DNA of 64,000 nucleotides from Acanthaster planci (taxonomy: Eukaryota), in NCBI RefSeq assembly GCF_001949145.1, contig NW_019091357.1:2515920-2579919 (forward strand), written 5' to 3'. Below the pieces are notes generated by a model. It ran no database searches and was not told where the DNA came from. It saw nothing but the letters and a program-made list of their open reading frames with translations. Shown here piece after piece: positions 11,238 to 24,500 of this stretch (positions are counted from its first letter, which is position 1; every line of letters starts with the position of its first letter). A program made the translations under genes and the position numbers.

Positions 11238-14200
11238 ATCGCACCGAGGAAGTACCGTTCGGGAGGGCATATTAACCGGCGAATGAACGGCGTAAGCTAC
11301 CCGGATGGCCGGTCATGCGTAGCAGTGCCGGCCCCGTGACCGTCACAGCAAATACAAGCAAACTGTACATGCCACTTGATGTTTGTAAAATGACGTCTTG
11401 ACAATAGCGCACTTCACAGCATGAGTGCAAAGGTTGACGGTGTGTACACCCAAAAATATCGAGACAAACTCCCGCGCAATATATGGCTTTCATGGAATAC
11501 TTTGGTCATCATAGCGATACAATATTTGGTTTTGATCTTAACAGAACAAAGAGCATCATAAACCCGTCCAGGATAAGATTAGGGCGACTTCAACGGCCTA
11601 AACAAATCCAACCACGCATAAAGTCTGTAAAATTGATATTGAGCAGGCAACAAATGGGATTTTTACGTCATGAAACGTTATTAGCAATAGACCCTCTAAA
11701 ACTCTTTATATTTCCACGTTTCCATTTTTTTCATTTCACAAAATCCAAGTTAATTTCATTTTCAGTCATTATTAAGAATAAAAAGTAGGGTTAATGGTGA
11801 CGACGCCCTTTGCCAAGAAAAACTTAGTCACACGACTACGGTGTGACAAATGTCGGTCTTGGCCAAGGCCCTTACAAACTAGTGCCATGTCCAGCAACTT
11901 CTAACGTATCGCTGTCATATGCGCTGTTGGAATTATCCGACGACTTGATAGGCTTATAAACCTCTCGTTGTAAGTCATGCCCCTGTGTACCCAAGCTACC
12001 CTACGCTGATTTCGAGCAAACAGAAAGATGACCTGTTTGTTTCTGGTCACCTGTTGTCCGATTCAAGCTGATGGAGCATTCTCGTGTTGGTTTCTACTGG
12101 ACACGTCCACTTCACCAAGGTGCGTGGGATGACGGCGCGTGAGCACACACGGTTGGGGAGTTGTTCACAAGGTGACCTCGTTTGGGATGCTATGCCATTT
12201 TTGTGTTCTCCGTAACCCGCCAAAATATTTTCCAAGGTGGGCAACTTTTGGAGGGAAAGTCTGCCTTCTCTTGGCCCCTACAACTGCGCGGGATGCAGCA
12301 CTGTGCCATCTCAACCATGCGCACCCCACTACTGATGGCATATCATGTCTGGGACTTTTACAGACACGGGCAATTTCCGTTCGGCTTCAGACCACACTTT
12401 GAGGCCCGTTCGCGACAGAAGTCGGACTTGTCCGAAACAAGACGAAACACCCCCTGGCGCTTAGAGCTACGGCTGACAAAGGTTCCGTTCGCGACAGCAG
12501 CCCCAGAACTCCCCTTGGGAAGAGGCGTCGTCGTGAAGGGGAGGGAAAGGAATTTTCAGACGTTGCTGGGAGGTCCCCCCTGCTCCTGCTTAATCCTACC
12601 CCCCCCAGGGTGTATGTAAAAATCATAATATTGAAATGGGAGGATTGAGGACAATAAGGGTTAGGGAATAACAACGCAACAAGTCCCGCTTTAATTCTGC
12701 GCAATATGAAGCGCACTGTAAATCTACAAATGTTCAGGTTTATCGTTCAGGTTCATGTTTATTGCACTAAAACACTCGAAAAGTCTTCCACAAAATACTA
12801 CAGCCATCGTTAAATTAATGGGCATATTGCTCTTCGATACCAGTTGAACAACTGATCGATCACTAGTCAAGCACAAATGTAAATACAATTGAACAAACAA
12901 CAATTACTTTTTAGGAAAGGAAAACTAATTAGTCACTTCTCTCCGTAAGTTACAAATTGCTAAATTAAAACAAATAAAAGGAATAACCATTGCGGATAAT
13001 GTGATTCCAATTGCACAAGATCTATATTAAGTACATTCGTGAGTGACTCTACCAAGACTGTGGTCGAGATCTTGACCATGACCTGGGAAAGAACAGCCGC
13101 AGGTAGACTAAAAGCTCTCTTGAGCGGATCGAATGAGGTCGTTCTGTTATAGCGCGAAATAATGAACTCAACGAAATCTGGACTCAATGGTTTGCATTAT
13201 TTGCACTGCCCATGCCTTGGGGACAAGGTTAGATTAAGGACGGCTCACACTAAAGGACAGAATACAAAAAAAAACGCCACAGAGGACAGATTTCAAAGGG
13301 GTCAACTTTTTTTGTGACACCACACCCGAGTTGCTCAACTAAGATCTAACTTGCTCTTCGAATTCCATTTTTAAAAGGTGCTAAAAAGTCACCAGTCTGA
13401 GTCCAGACTCCATCAAGACTTCGATTTGAGAACAAAAAGTCTGGGATGGACCCTAGGCTTTAGTTAGGCCCGGTGTACAATAAGATTTGGACGTGGTGAA
13501 AAAAGGGGCTCACAGACCGTGAGGCACATGACTTCACAGGCTGGAAGTCCACAAGAAAAGGGACAGAGTTAATGAGAGTTGACATTTCATATGACACCAT
13601 GTTATTTAGGCTTTCTTCAAGTCTTGCACTGAAGACAGCTCTGAGTCTCCGACTGCAACACTGCTCACGGACAGTAACTACTTAATAAAATGTAACTAAC
13701 ACTGGCAGAAAGTGACAAGTGCAAATCAACCGAAATAATTACTAAGTTAATTTCCGCATTTGGCCAAAAACTGAAACTTTTCTTTAGTGCATTCTTTTAA
13801 ACTGTCGGCTTTCATTTTCGAAAATCTTGAGATTGTGAAAATATGGTTTTCATTTGTCAGGGAAGGGAAAGTGCAGTGCGGGGTCACGTTAAGTGCAACC
13901 AAAGTCTTCGACGGAGCCTGATTACACGATGACATACACGGATGTTAAAAACCTACTCTCCGGCAGAATGATGGTTACATAGCTACAATGCAACCTACAA
14001 AATAAATAGCAGTACAAAATGGTATCAAATGCGCTTCTTGGTACGACAAACTTCAAACCGTTACGGAATTGCACGGTACGTTTGGCAACTAACACAATAA
14101 ATTAAGTACAAAATTTGGAATTACAAATTCAACTGATCGTTAAATAACTGAAAGATACAATGGTTGTTGGCAAGAAATTAAAGCTTAGGGCAAGTCATGA

Positions 14201-15098
14201 ATGCCAAGCCTCTCACAATGCGCCCACAAAGTAGGAGTTCGTGTGCACATTTCATGCACATCACAATCACTTGAAGACCTTCTGAGTTTACTTTCAAAAA
14301 GCTTGACCCATATAAATGCTCAACAAATATATAAATGAATTCTATAATTACTCCTAAAGTTACCAGATGATGACATCTACAACAATGAAACCTGCTTTGA
14401 TCTCTTTTGGCAAGTACGCATTTCAAAACAAGCTCATAATAACTTCTCTCTCCGGTAAAAACCGCTGGCAGTGACTTGGGTAATGAATCTTGCTCTTGTG
14501 GAGTTTGTTTTCATGTCGGAACGCAGTACTGATGTGAGTAATGCGTTTGAACCAATCATAAACCAATTTAGTTTCATCTGTAACCCTCCCGTTCTATTCT
14601 TTCACGCTCTCCCGTTCATTCGCTGGCTCCCAGCCGGCCTAAACTACTCCCTTTGCTGGAATGCCTTCCTTCTCTATCTTACTGTAAACTGTCGCACCAA
14701 AAGTCGGAGGTGAAAGCTCTGCAACGGCCCTCAATGGCTCTCCGGCAATATCACAAAAGCAGGAGGGTTAAACGCCAACAAAATGTCAAGATTTTAGACG
14801 CCGGGCTACTGTGCCACAGTAAGACTTTTCTCACCTTGACACGTAAGGTGCGCGATCAAATCAACACATATTCTCCGTTAACATTCTCCAATCCACTCAA
14901 CGACTCACCGCTCTACCCTGTCAACCCGAATACATTTTTTTTTGTATAAATGAATAAAATTTACATTCAAAAGACAAGTAGTTGAGCTATGAGGAGTGAC
15001 TGACAGCACAGTGTACGACCGCTTGTCTCCAAGAAAGGACTTTTCACTGGTCGATGTGCTACCTACATTACCCTGTAGTTCCCCATCTACCTTTAACT

Positions 15099-15241
15099 GG
15101 GCCTGTTTGTTTCACCACGGATACGGATCGCGATCAGTAATCTGTCACTGGTTCACTGACACCAGAACCTGCCTAATGGATAGCGCGAACCGGCTTGGGA
15201 TCACTGATTGAGATCCAGATCCCTATGAAGCAAACAGGCCC
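15099..15241. mobile_element. MITE with GGGCCTGTTTG TIRs, copy 1
   Basis: Ends GGGCCTGTTTG / CAAACAGGCCC; internal GGTTCACTGACACCAGAAC shared with 38849-38981 and, more weakly, 60803-60930. Confidence 0.75.
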
Positions 15242-15532
15242 TAAGTTCCAGGAGGTATGACGTCTCTGAATACTTTTTTCATAATTTGGTTTAAGGATTA
15301 TGGACCTCACCGAATCAATGATCTGTTTGTGGCTCCGCTGTCTAGGTTCAGCAACTATTTTGCACTTTGTACGAAAATCCAAGTGCAAACTTTTCACATT
15401 TAAAAAAGCCACCCAAAAGAGACCACCTGCCTTGTAATCTATTCGGAGCCTTGGAAAACAGTCGGCGCTTACCTAACTTCTGAACTTACCGTTCCTTGGA
15501 GTTGGTCCCTGACTGATGTGCCGCAGCAGGGT

Positions 15533-18500
15533 CTAGGGTGCCAGGAGGCAAATGGACCCCAAGCCAAGGAGAAGCGACAGACTCCAAGCTGATTGGCCCC
15601 CGGCGGGCGCTGCGGTGTTGTAAGTACAGTTGGTGATCTCGTAGTTGGTCGGGACTGGGCAGCGGTTCAGACTGGCCAACGAGGCCGAGACGTCCTCGTG
15701 GGCGCAGGTGCCGTTGATGATGCGGAAGGCGCCGGTTGCAGATACTCTGCAGGGGATAAGACGCAAAAACCAAAGTAAATGAAGACACATGCTTGCTATG
15801 ATTTGACGGAGAAAACACAGAAATACTTTTTGAGTTTGGAGACGGATGCCAAGACACAAGCCAAATGTGTAATCAGGGAAAACAATTAACCGTGAGGTTT
15901 TCTGAAAAAGGACCTTGATGATTCATCAGCAATAGTTCTGACGATTATTCTTTCTGCAACACTTGTAAATAACAACAAACAAGTAAATAACAGATATTAA
16001 GTTTGCTCACTGATGCTGTTCTCGCCTCAATTTGAGGCATATTTCTCCAATTAGCCAACTTTTCCCTGACTGGTTTCCATGATTCACAGGCGCCCAGCAG
16101 ATGCCTGTTAACAGGCAACAATACCAACCTGTTGGTGATGCGACAGTTGAAGTTAAAGAACAGACTCTCTCTGTAATTCCTCCAGTTCTCGACCACGAGG
16201 AGGAAAAGGTTGGTCTTGGGGAGAGCCGTCACGTAGTAGAAACCGGACTTGCAGGCACCGGAAATGTTCCCGATGATCATGCCGCTTGGCTCTGGCAAAA
16301 GAAGGAAATGAATTGAGGATCAATTTTTCAGAATGAAGTCTTGCTTTTCACACTCCGCAGTGTGAAACGTTGCCACTGTACTCACCGAGGACCGAGCTGT
16401 TGGCCTGGTAACCCACCACATCCTGGATACAGCCAAACTTGTTGGAGAAGCTGGGAATGGGTCCCCTGTTCTTGTAGTAATCGTCAAGCTCTCCAGGGGT
16501 CTTGGCGATGCCGTTGAGATTCACCTGGAGGAGAAGTTTGGATCCGACTGATTCAAACTTTGACAAGTCTATCTCTGACTTTTCTTGAGTTGGTGAACTA
16601 AGAGGACCTCATAATGTGTGACCGGATCCCACAGTATGAGTCTTAAGGCCATTTATTCAAGAACTTCAGTATGCAGCGGAAAGAGCCAATTGGGTTCCCT
16701 CTTTTGATGTACCACTCAGTCTAACATCATGACGACACTATTAAGGCATTAAACGGTGAAAATGTTTAGGGGTTCCCACTGATTTCAGGGGTCCAAGATT
16801 CTTTTCAAGACATCAAGCGTGACGATGGGCAACCTAAGACCCATTTGCATCGTTGGGGTTGAGCGAGCATACTACTGTCAACGTCTAGGACGACGACATT
16901 TGATGTCCAGATGGACGGATGCGTCCTGTGAGAGAGAGGTACCATCTTACCCTCGGAGACGAGGAAGAGAGACTGCAGGATCCCTGGAAGTCGATTGTCT
17001 CTGTTCGCACAAAGAAGCGGTGTTTGTAGATCAGCTCCCGCATGATCTCTCCCTCCTTCTTGCCCAGGGAGACCCGGTTGTACTTGGCCGTGTCCAGGTC
17101 GCTGATGTGGATGAACTCGGGGTCTATCACGATGTTGGCGGAGTTGTCGAAGAGGTAGCACCTGCAACAAGAGAGGTGGACGGCCGGGTATAACTGACGG
17201 CCAAGCTTACGTCAGAGGAATCCCGTTGATCAAGCACATTTTTAACATCCTTGTCAATGGATTCCGATCTTCATTTCCAACCCTGGGTGGGAGCTGTTTC
17301 GTTTGGGGGTCATGTCGTCACCGTCGCCACAAAGTGACGCTAATATGGCTTTTGAGGAAAAACAGGTTTTCGAGACAATCGCCAGAGAAGTCTTTCCTTA
17401 ATAAAAACTTACCAAAATAAGTATTTTGTGACAACTTTGTGCAACAAAAATCCCTTAAATGATTCTTTGATGTCTGATCGTTCACTTAACCCGAGTAACT
17501 GGTAGGAAAACAGGGGTTAATTAGCAAAGGTTAACGTCATTTCGTGAAAATGAAAATTATGTTTTTATACATGGACGTCCTTCTGATTGATGTATCATGA
17601 TCACAGGGAAGGCGATCGTGTCCTTACGCCCGCACAACTGTGAATGTAACAAAGCTGACGTCACTTCGTGAAAACGAAAATCCCAGATGACCTACTTTTC
17701 AGCCGTTTCTTTGCAATAAGTTTTATCCATGTTCAAAGGACGTTAAGCAGTGCGTCTGTTAGTGAAAATGCAAAATGCTGTTTCCAAGATGTTTGACTTC
17801 GGCAGCATGAATGTAACTATGACATTAATGATGTTTTGTTTCTGGGAGCACGTCAAAATGGTAAAGCATGATATTGTAAAAGACAAAGAGAATATTGAAA
17901 ACAATTGGAAATCGACAAAAATTCATTTTGGGACATTAAGCTTCACTCCATGAGAACGTTGATGATGTGTGCGGATCCAACGTTTAAAATGTGACAGCAC
18001 GGATAGTGGATAAAATAAAACTGACTTATAAGGTGGCACGTATCCTTGTCAAAGAACAAAGCGTTGAGTTTCCATCTACAGATCTGTCCACATGGGGCAA
18101 TTGGATGTAGGTTCCTGAGACACGTTGTGCGCTCCGTGGAGCTAGTTGCAACAGGATAAATTCATGACAGGAAACCTCGTTTGGTTCTGTCAACACGGCC
18201 GCGGGTTGCTTGAGTTAAGTGTCTGGCAGCCGATCTAGTCTGCCGAACGGCGGAAAACAGAAAGCAAAACGGTGAGGTGTGGAAACCTCAATAGGGTCAG
18301 GGTCTCGTGGACAAGAGGGGACTGGAGTGGACAACGTGACGTGTTGTACCTCGTCATGCAATCTGGTAACCCGTCGGGGCATGGGTAGGTGTCCAGGCAG
18401 GACAGCGGCATGTCGACGTCCTGCATGATCTCAAACACGTTGTTGTGGAAGTCGTTGTACAGGATGTCCAGCGACGTGACGGCCTCTACCTTCACCGACG

Positions 18501-21500
18501 CACAGCGCGTCGTGTCCGACAAGTTTCCAGCCTTGCTCCTATAGCATCGGGCTGGCAACAAAAACACGACGTCTCAATTCAGATCACACCTGACGTAAGT
18601 GATCAAAAGAACTATACCTTACACTGCTTCTTAGAAGCATGGCTACAAGAAACATGCTGGGAAATGTTCGGTGTGGCAGTTGTTCGGGATAACTACTTTT
18701 TGCTGGCAAAGCCTAGAGCTGTCTCCTCTTTCAAACACATTTCACGCAAAATTACCATGTCGCCTGTGTTGCGATGGCTAGCGCAGTTTGCTTGAATCGG
18801 TTCCCATGTGAAATCGCATGTGATATTTACCTGTCTTTCACTAGTTCCCACGGCTTAAAACATAACATTGAGAATGGCCGGGAGCCAGTCTGTAGCTCAC
18901 TCCCAAACATTGCGCATGTCTTTATGCAACACCATAAGGAAAAAGTCAGACAAAGTTTAGAAATGACCAGCCTGCTCAACATCACTGATGACGACTCTTC
19001 TAAATATAGTCCCAAAAACCAATATTTTGTTGTGAATGTTTATTTTCTGCTTAAATGCATTTATTTTAAGATCCAAATGCACAGTCTTTGTGGCTTTGTA
19101 AGTTTTTCCAAGAGAAACGGACAGTTTGGAAGGTATCTGAATTGTTGCCAAGAAATAAAGTTCCCTTCCTCACCGGAAATGCAGTCAGCGTCGGTGCTGC
19201 ATTTGCAGCCGCCTGGCTTCTTGCCGTCCAGCTGGTTGCAATGTGCCTCGTCCACCGACGGCATCCCCTCGAAGACGGCTTGCGAGACGCTGATGATCTT
19301 GCCCACGCCAGCTGAGTCCATGTAGGCAGTGGAGATGGATGTCTTGTCCGAGTTGGTGATCACGCGGTGGTACCACGGCCGCCTGATAATGAAGACAACC
19401 AACGTGTCAATTTTTTTTTGGGGGGGGGGACTCTGGGATTTCGAGATGATAAAAATTACCTAAACTTTTCCATGGCCAAATTATTGAGAACTTACTGAAT
19501 TAAAGGTCTCTTTAGAAGTGTGGATTAAACAAAGCCAAGTGACAGTTTTGACTCGGTGTTCTTATCTGCCTTGAGTTGAAGCGCACCCTCACTGGTGAAA
19601 GAAAGACTGACTAGTGCCATGTTTTCCAACCGGTTTCTTGCAAGCTTTCGCCATGCATGCCAAGACCATACATTCAAGAACAATTTCGTTGCACGCACTC
19701 GGCGTGCCCCGAGTCAACAAACACGCATTAATTTGAGCGCCTATGGGGGTGACTTCCTACCAAAGGACTGTCAATTTCATTTAAAAACCTACCCTCTTTA
19801 GTTCCCACTCTGAGCTTTAGGATGACAACATTCCACCGTATTTCCACGGCCAAATTATGCAAACCAACGACTTTCTCCATCAAAATGACGAACACAAGAA
19901 TATCAAAGTCTCCTGAGAACTGAAAAATCAACAACCACACCATCTAACAGTTTAGTTGGTCTTACTTGGTGGGGTCGTAGTATCTCTTGGACCGATGACC
20001 CGGGTAAGTCCGGAAGACCCCGCTGCGACATCCGATGTAGGTCCACTTCACGTCCTTCAGCATCTTCTTGTTGCGACTTCGCCAGATCTTCTCAATTTGG
20101 GACGTGATGAGAACGTCCGCTCTGCACAGCAAAAGATCCAATTCCACGAGGTCACACTCCAATTTCAAAATGTCTTTGGCAAGTTTCGGCGCCTGTAGGG
20201 TGCACGTTTGCACTGGGTTCTCTTCAGGCCATCATCTCATAAATGAATACCTTGGTCTTAAAAGCCTGGTTTTTATACCATTGTGACCACCTGTAGTTGG
20301 GAACTTATTTCACTGCAGAAAACTGTTTCCGACTCCCAAATCTGCACTGGCTCTTTCAAAAGTGACCAAAGAGTCACTGTTCAGTGACTGTTCAGCTCAA
20401 AGTTAGCTCGATCCCAGCTCTGATTTTCAACAAGCTGCTTCTCTTCAAAACTGGTTGCAATCCCTCTGCATCATCTATTGAACGATGGACGGAGCACACT
20501 CTCTAAAAACGTCGAGTCCAGAGACCACCGGATCTCTTCGAAACTTATCTAGAGATCTACGGTGTGCTACCGTACATCTTCGTCTCGTCACCAGCACCGG
20601 CCTTCTTTCTGCCCAGCAAACCCCCTTTTGTCCAATCTCACCTGATGCCTCGGTGGAACTTGTTCTTCTTGTCCTCCTTGGGGCAGCCCAGGTCCGGCTC
20701 GTAGCTGTTGATGAACTTGTGGGCGGCCACCGTCTTGGCTGCCAGGTCGTCGTCCACCAGGTAGAGGTTGGGGTCGCAGTAGCAGCGGGGGGCCAGGAAG
20801 AAGCTGGAGTAGAGGTAGGAGACGCGCAGGTCGGGGTACTTGGGCTCGTTATAGAACACCTGCATCTTTTCAAATTCACCTGCGTTAAAAGCAAATAATA
20901 AACAAATAAAAACAACAACAGCAAAACCAAAACGAACTCCCGGTCAGAAATTTCCAAAGACTGAAAACAAGACATTTATTTATTCTGCTGGTATGGGAAC
21001 ATCCAGTAATGTAACTAGGATGAAATTTTTTTGAGGGATAGGCGTTGTTCCCAATGTATTCCAAGTAGGAACAGTGAATGAATGGAACAACTGATCTTCT
21101 TGAAACCTTCTATGGTGCTTCTTCAGGGAGTCAGCGTTCACCTCAGGGTTATCACTACAATCGCTGAAGGTGCGTCTTTCCAGGAGATGGTCATTTTTAA
21201 ACAATGGAAAGGATGAGAAAAGAAAATTTTGCAAACTGATGGGATTCAATGATGGCCAGGTCCCTGAGGGGTGGTGGGAAAATTGTGGAAAAAAACAGAT
21301 GCCCAAGTAAACTGTCGAAACATTATTAACCCTAACTCCCTAGGGTGTGTGCAAAATCATATCAAAATTGGAGGATTCAGGACTGTTGGGGTTAACGAGC
21401 CCCATGACCCATGCTGTGCTGGCTTCCGGGACGAGAATAAAGCAAGAAAGGACAAGGGAAACTACCTGGGAGCTCTGCTCTGCCAAGGGTGCTGTTGTAT

Positions 21501-24500
21501 TCTTTCAGGAGGTTGAAGTAGCTGGTCGGTTGGAGGTGCGATCGGTCTTTGGGCTCCTGGGCTCGCCGGAAAATCTGGAGAACGAGTCGAGATGGGTGTT
21601 TTTTGTGGACTTGTGCCTCTTACTGATATTTCCAAAGATGGATTGTTTGACATGACGTATTCAGAGAAGCACCGGTTCTCAATTGGGATCATGCATTGTC
21701 CCATTTAGGAATGGCCAATATGGGGAGTTAATATTGTTTCCCTCAACCAAGTACGATCCAACAGGGCATTAAATGTGTGTGCGGAAGCATATCGCTATCA
21801 ATACGTAACATTTGGAAGAACTTCTTAAAATTTTGAATTCACCTCCAAATTGGAGTGGCTGGCATTTTTCGACACTTCTGAGCTGAAGTCAAGTCATTTA
21901 GACGTGGCCAAATGGGAAAACTCCAGAGTATCTCTTAATGTGAGAGTCGAGTATAAAGTTACCCGGAGACATCACTTACTTCGTCGGTTTTGGCCAGGCT
22001 GAAGGCTAGCGAGTAGTCAGTTTTGTCCAGGTGGGTGTAATGGTATGTTGCCTGCATGACTTGGCGCTTGACACCGTCAGAAAAACTACCCTAAAAACAG
22101 ACAGAAAAACATTGCTGCAAAATTACCATCAAGGCCAAAAGGACAACTCGCTTTTTTTTTTTGGTGAAAATATTTACAGAACCAACAAAATTGGCTTGGG
22201 AGTTTTGTTACTTGAGAAAAAACTTCAAGATGAAACAGAGTACGAACCATAACCTTTATACTTGAAAAATCCATCACTTTTTTAGAGGAATATCAATGTT
22301 GTAGCTGAGACAATCACGAGACCAGTCACGAGCAAGGGGTTGAACAAGGAGGAAAACACACTTTTGTTACAATTCATATGAACAGCGTATAACTTGAATT
22401 CAGACAGTAGGTCTGCTACCGGTCTGAGCGTGAAGTTGCTACAATGAATTTCGCCAGTGGGTTCATGCAGAGTGGAAGACGTCCGTGGCAGCCTTGTGGG
22501 ACGGCTGCAAGCCTTTCCCTAACGACACAGCGTGACAACTCTTGGGTATGGACATACCTTGGGAACCCCTCGCTGGGCATTCATGATCTCGATGTCCCCC
22601 GTCTCTCCCTTCAGCATGGCATCGATGACGGCGCTGAACTCTTCCGGTTGGCCGTTGGGTTGCTCTAGCTGCCTGATGGGGACCAGAATAGGATCCTCCA
22701 GGAGCTGTGCATGGGAACGAGAGGTGAAGAATCAAAACTATTTGGGACGACTGCTTGGTGTTTCATCATTACGCAGGCCGCGTTGGAATTGCTTGGCAGC
22801 GGCTGCAAATAATGTGTGTTCTTATGGCAGCCAATTCTTAGCGGCTTTGTCCAAGTCCCATAGGATGTGTGTTATTGCAAGTCACAGCCAAGTAAATTGG
22901 GATATGGTCCAATGCTGCTTGATCTGCCCTCTGATCCCACATGTTCTTTTTTGCAGCTTCTGAAAAGCGTGATGACCGAGGGGGATGCAAACTTTACTTA
23001 CATCACTACTAGGCTTCAGGAGAGGGTGGAAGATCGTTCCTCCGTAGTTATCGATCAGGAACGCGTAGACGGATCCCCACTGCTCGTTGACGATGAGATT
23101 CTCAATTTCTTCCAAGGGGCAGTCCACACCGACCACGCCGAGAAGCCTGCCAACAAACAAATGTAACAAAGAGAGAGCCGTGCTAGTGCTAGCACAAGAC
23201 ACAGAAGTTACAGTAGTGATGGCCTCTAACCTGGCATGGCTCGTAACTGACTCCAGCCTTTCTACTGCATTCAAAAGAAGCAATTTGCTTTTGTATAAAG
23301 ACTTTTAATTTTTTTTCAGGAATCTAGAGATGAATGTTGCACCAGAGACACAAAATGAAAAACTCACATTCTGAGTTTGTCGTGGGCCTACCCTGAATCT
23401 GTTGAAATCTGAGACAGTAATCCCCTGTCTGTCAAGCTCGACTACTGACGGTGCCTCTCACAAAGGGGCTCTTCAGTCCCGAATAAATCAACTTCGAGCT
23501 TAACAAAATGTCTGGGTTTTGGCAGACAGAGGAATGTCAGCGTTATGCAAATGCAAACAAATGCAAAAGAAAATTGTATGGAAAATGTGACAGATGACTC
23601 AGAAGACCAGGATGAGAAATATCGGTTATAACAGGAAGATTGTGAATGCAGCAATGACCAGCTCACTTCTCGGTGCGATCACTGATGACAGGTATCGCGT
23701 GCGTGACCATCTGCTTCAAGCCGAAGGCGTCGATGTACGGCGCCGTCCACTTCCCCTCGAAATCTTTGGTCTTCTGGGAGTTGGAGGAGAGGAAGTTGAA
23801 GTAGTCCCGCATCTTGCCGATCAGGTTCTCCCCGTCCGTCAGCTTCTTGAAGTAGCCCCGGTTCTTGCAGGCCAGGCGGCCCGGGAAGATCTCGCCGTCG
23901 TCGACCGTGCCGTAGCTGAAGATGCGAGCCTGCTCAGAAGGGGACAAACTGAATACGTCATGCATAGTAATCCACACAATCCACAACACTGATTGGTGGA
24001 TCTACACACTCTGTGGATAGTGCTGGGCCACTGGTTGATCCTGAATGAAATCTCACATTTGACCTTCCTTTTCAAAGACTTTATGCCAATATAACTTACA
24101 ATGGCATGATCGTTGGAGGGACTGACATTTCGATCTAAGCCACGTCATTCTGAAAGGGCAAACCAGTGAAATTAAGCCCCACTGAAGAACTGAATAAAAT
24201 CTTTCATCGGCTAGTTCTACTCGGAATGGTGTAAATAATTTCAATTTTGGGTGAAATCTGATAAGTTTACTCTCTGCCACATTCAACTTTACAGTTGACA
24301 TATCTGAATAAGTAATCCATCTGATGCTGAAACCTGCCCCCTGCATATTTTCACGAGTACATACCTGCGGTTTGGCGGCAGCATTCAACTCGTCCACCCG
24401 GTCCCACACTTTGTGCCAATCGTACTTGCAGATGGGTCCTGGCACGTACCCGCTTCGTGTGTAATAACCTAGGGCGGTGATGCAAATGTGTCATTCACAG

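Noticed and set aside
18774..19325. 183-aa plus-strand ORF
   Set aside because: Spans intron and antisense exon of the Cache gene, low-information composition, no recognisable domain.
20975..21190. Possible CR1/L2 LINE 3' remnant or second hammerhead (CCCTGAAGAAG..)
   Set aside because: Only a vague SFTVPTWNTL resemblance, and no GAAA box or stem II; too weak to call.
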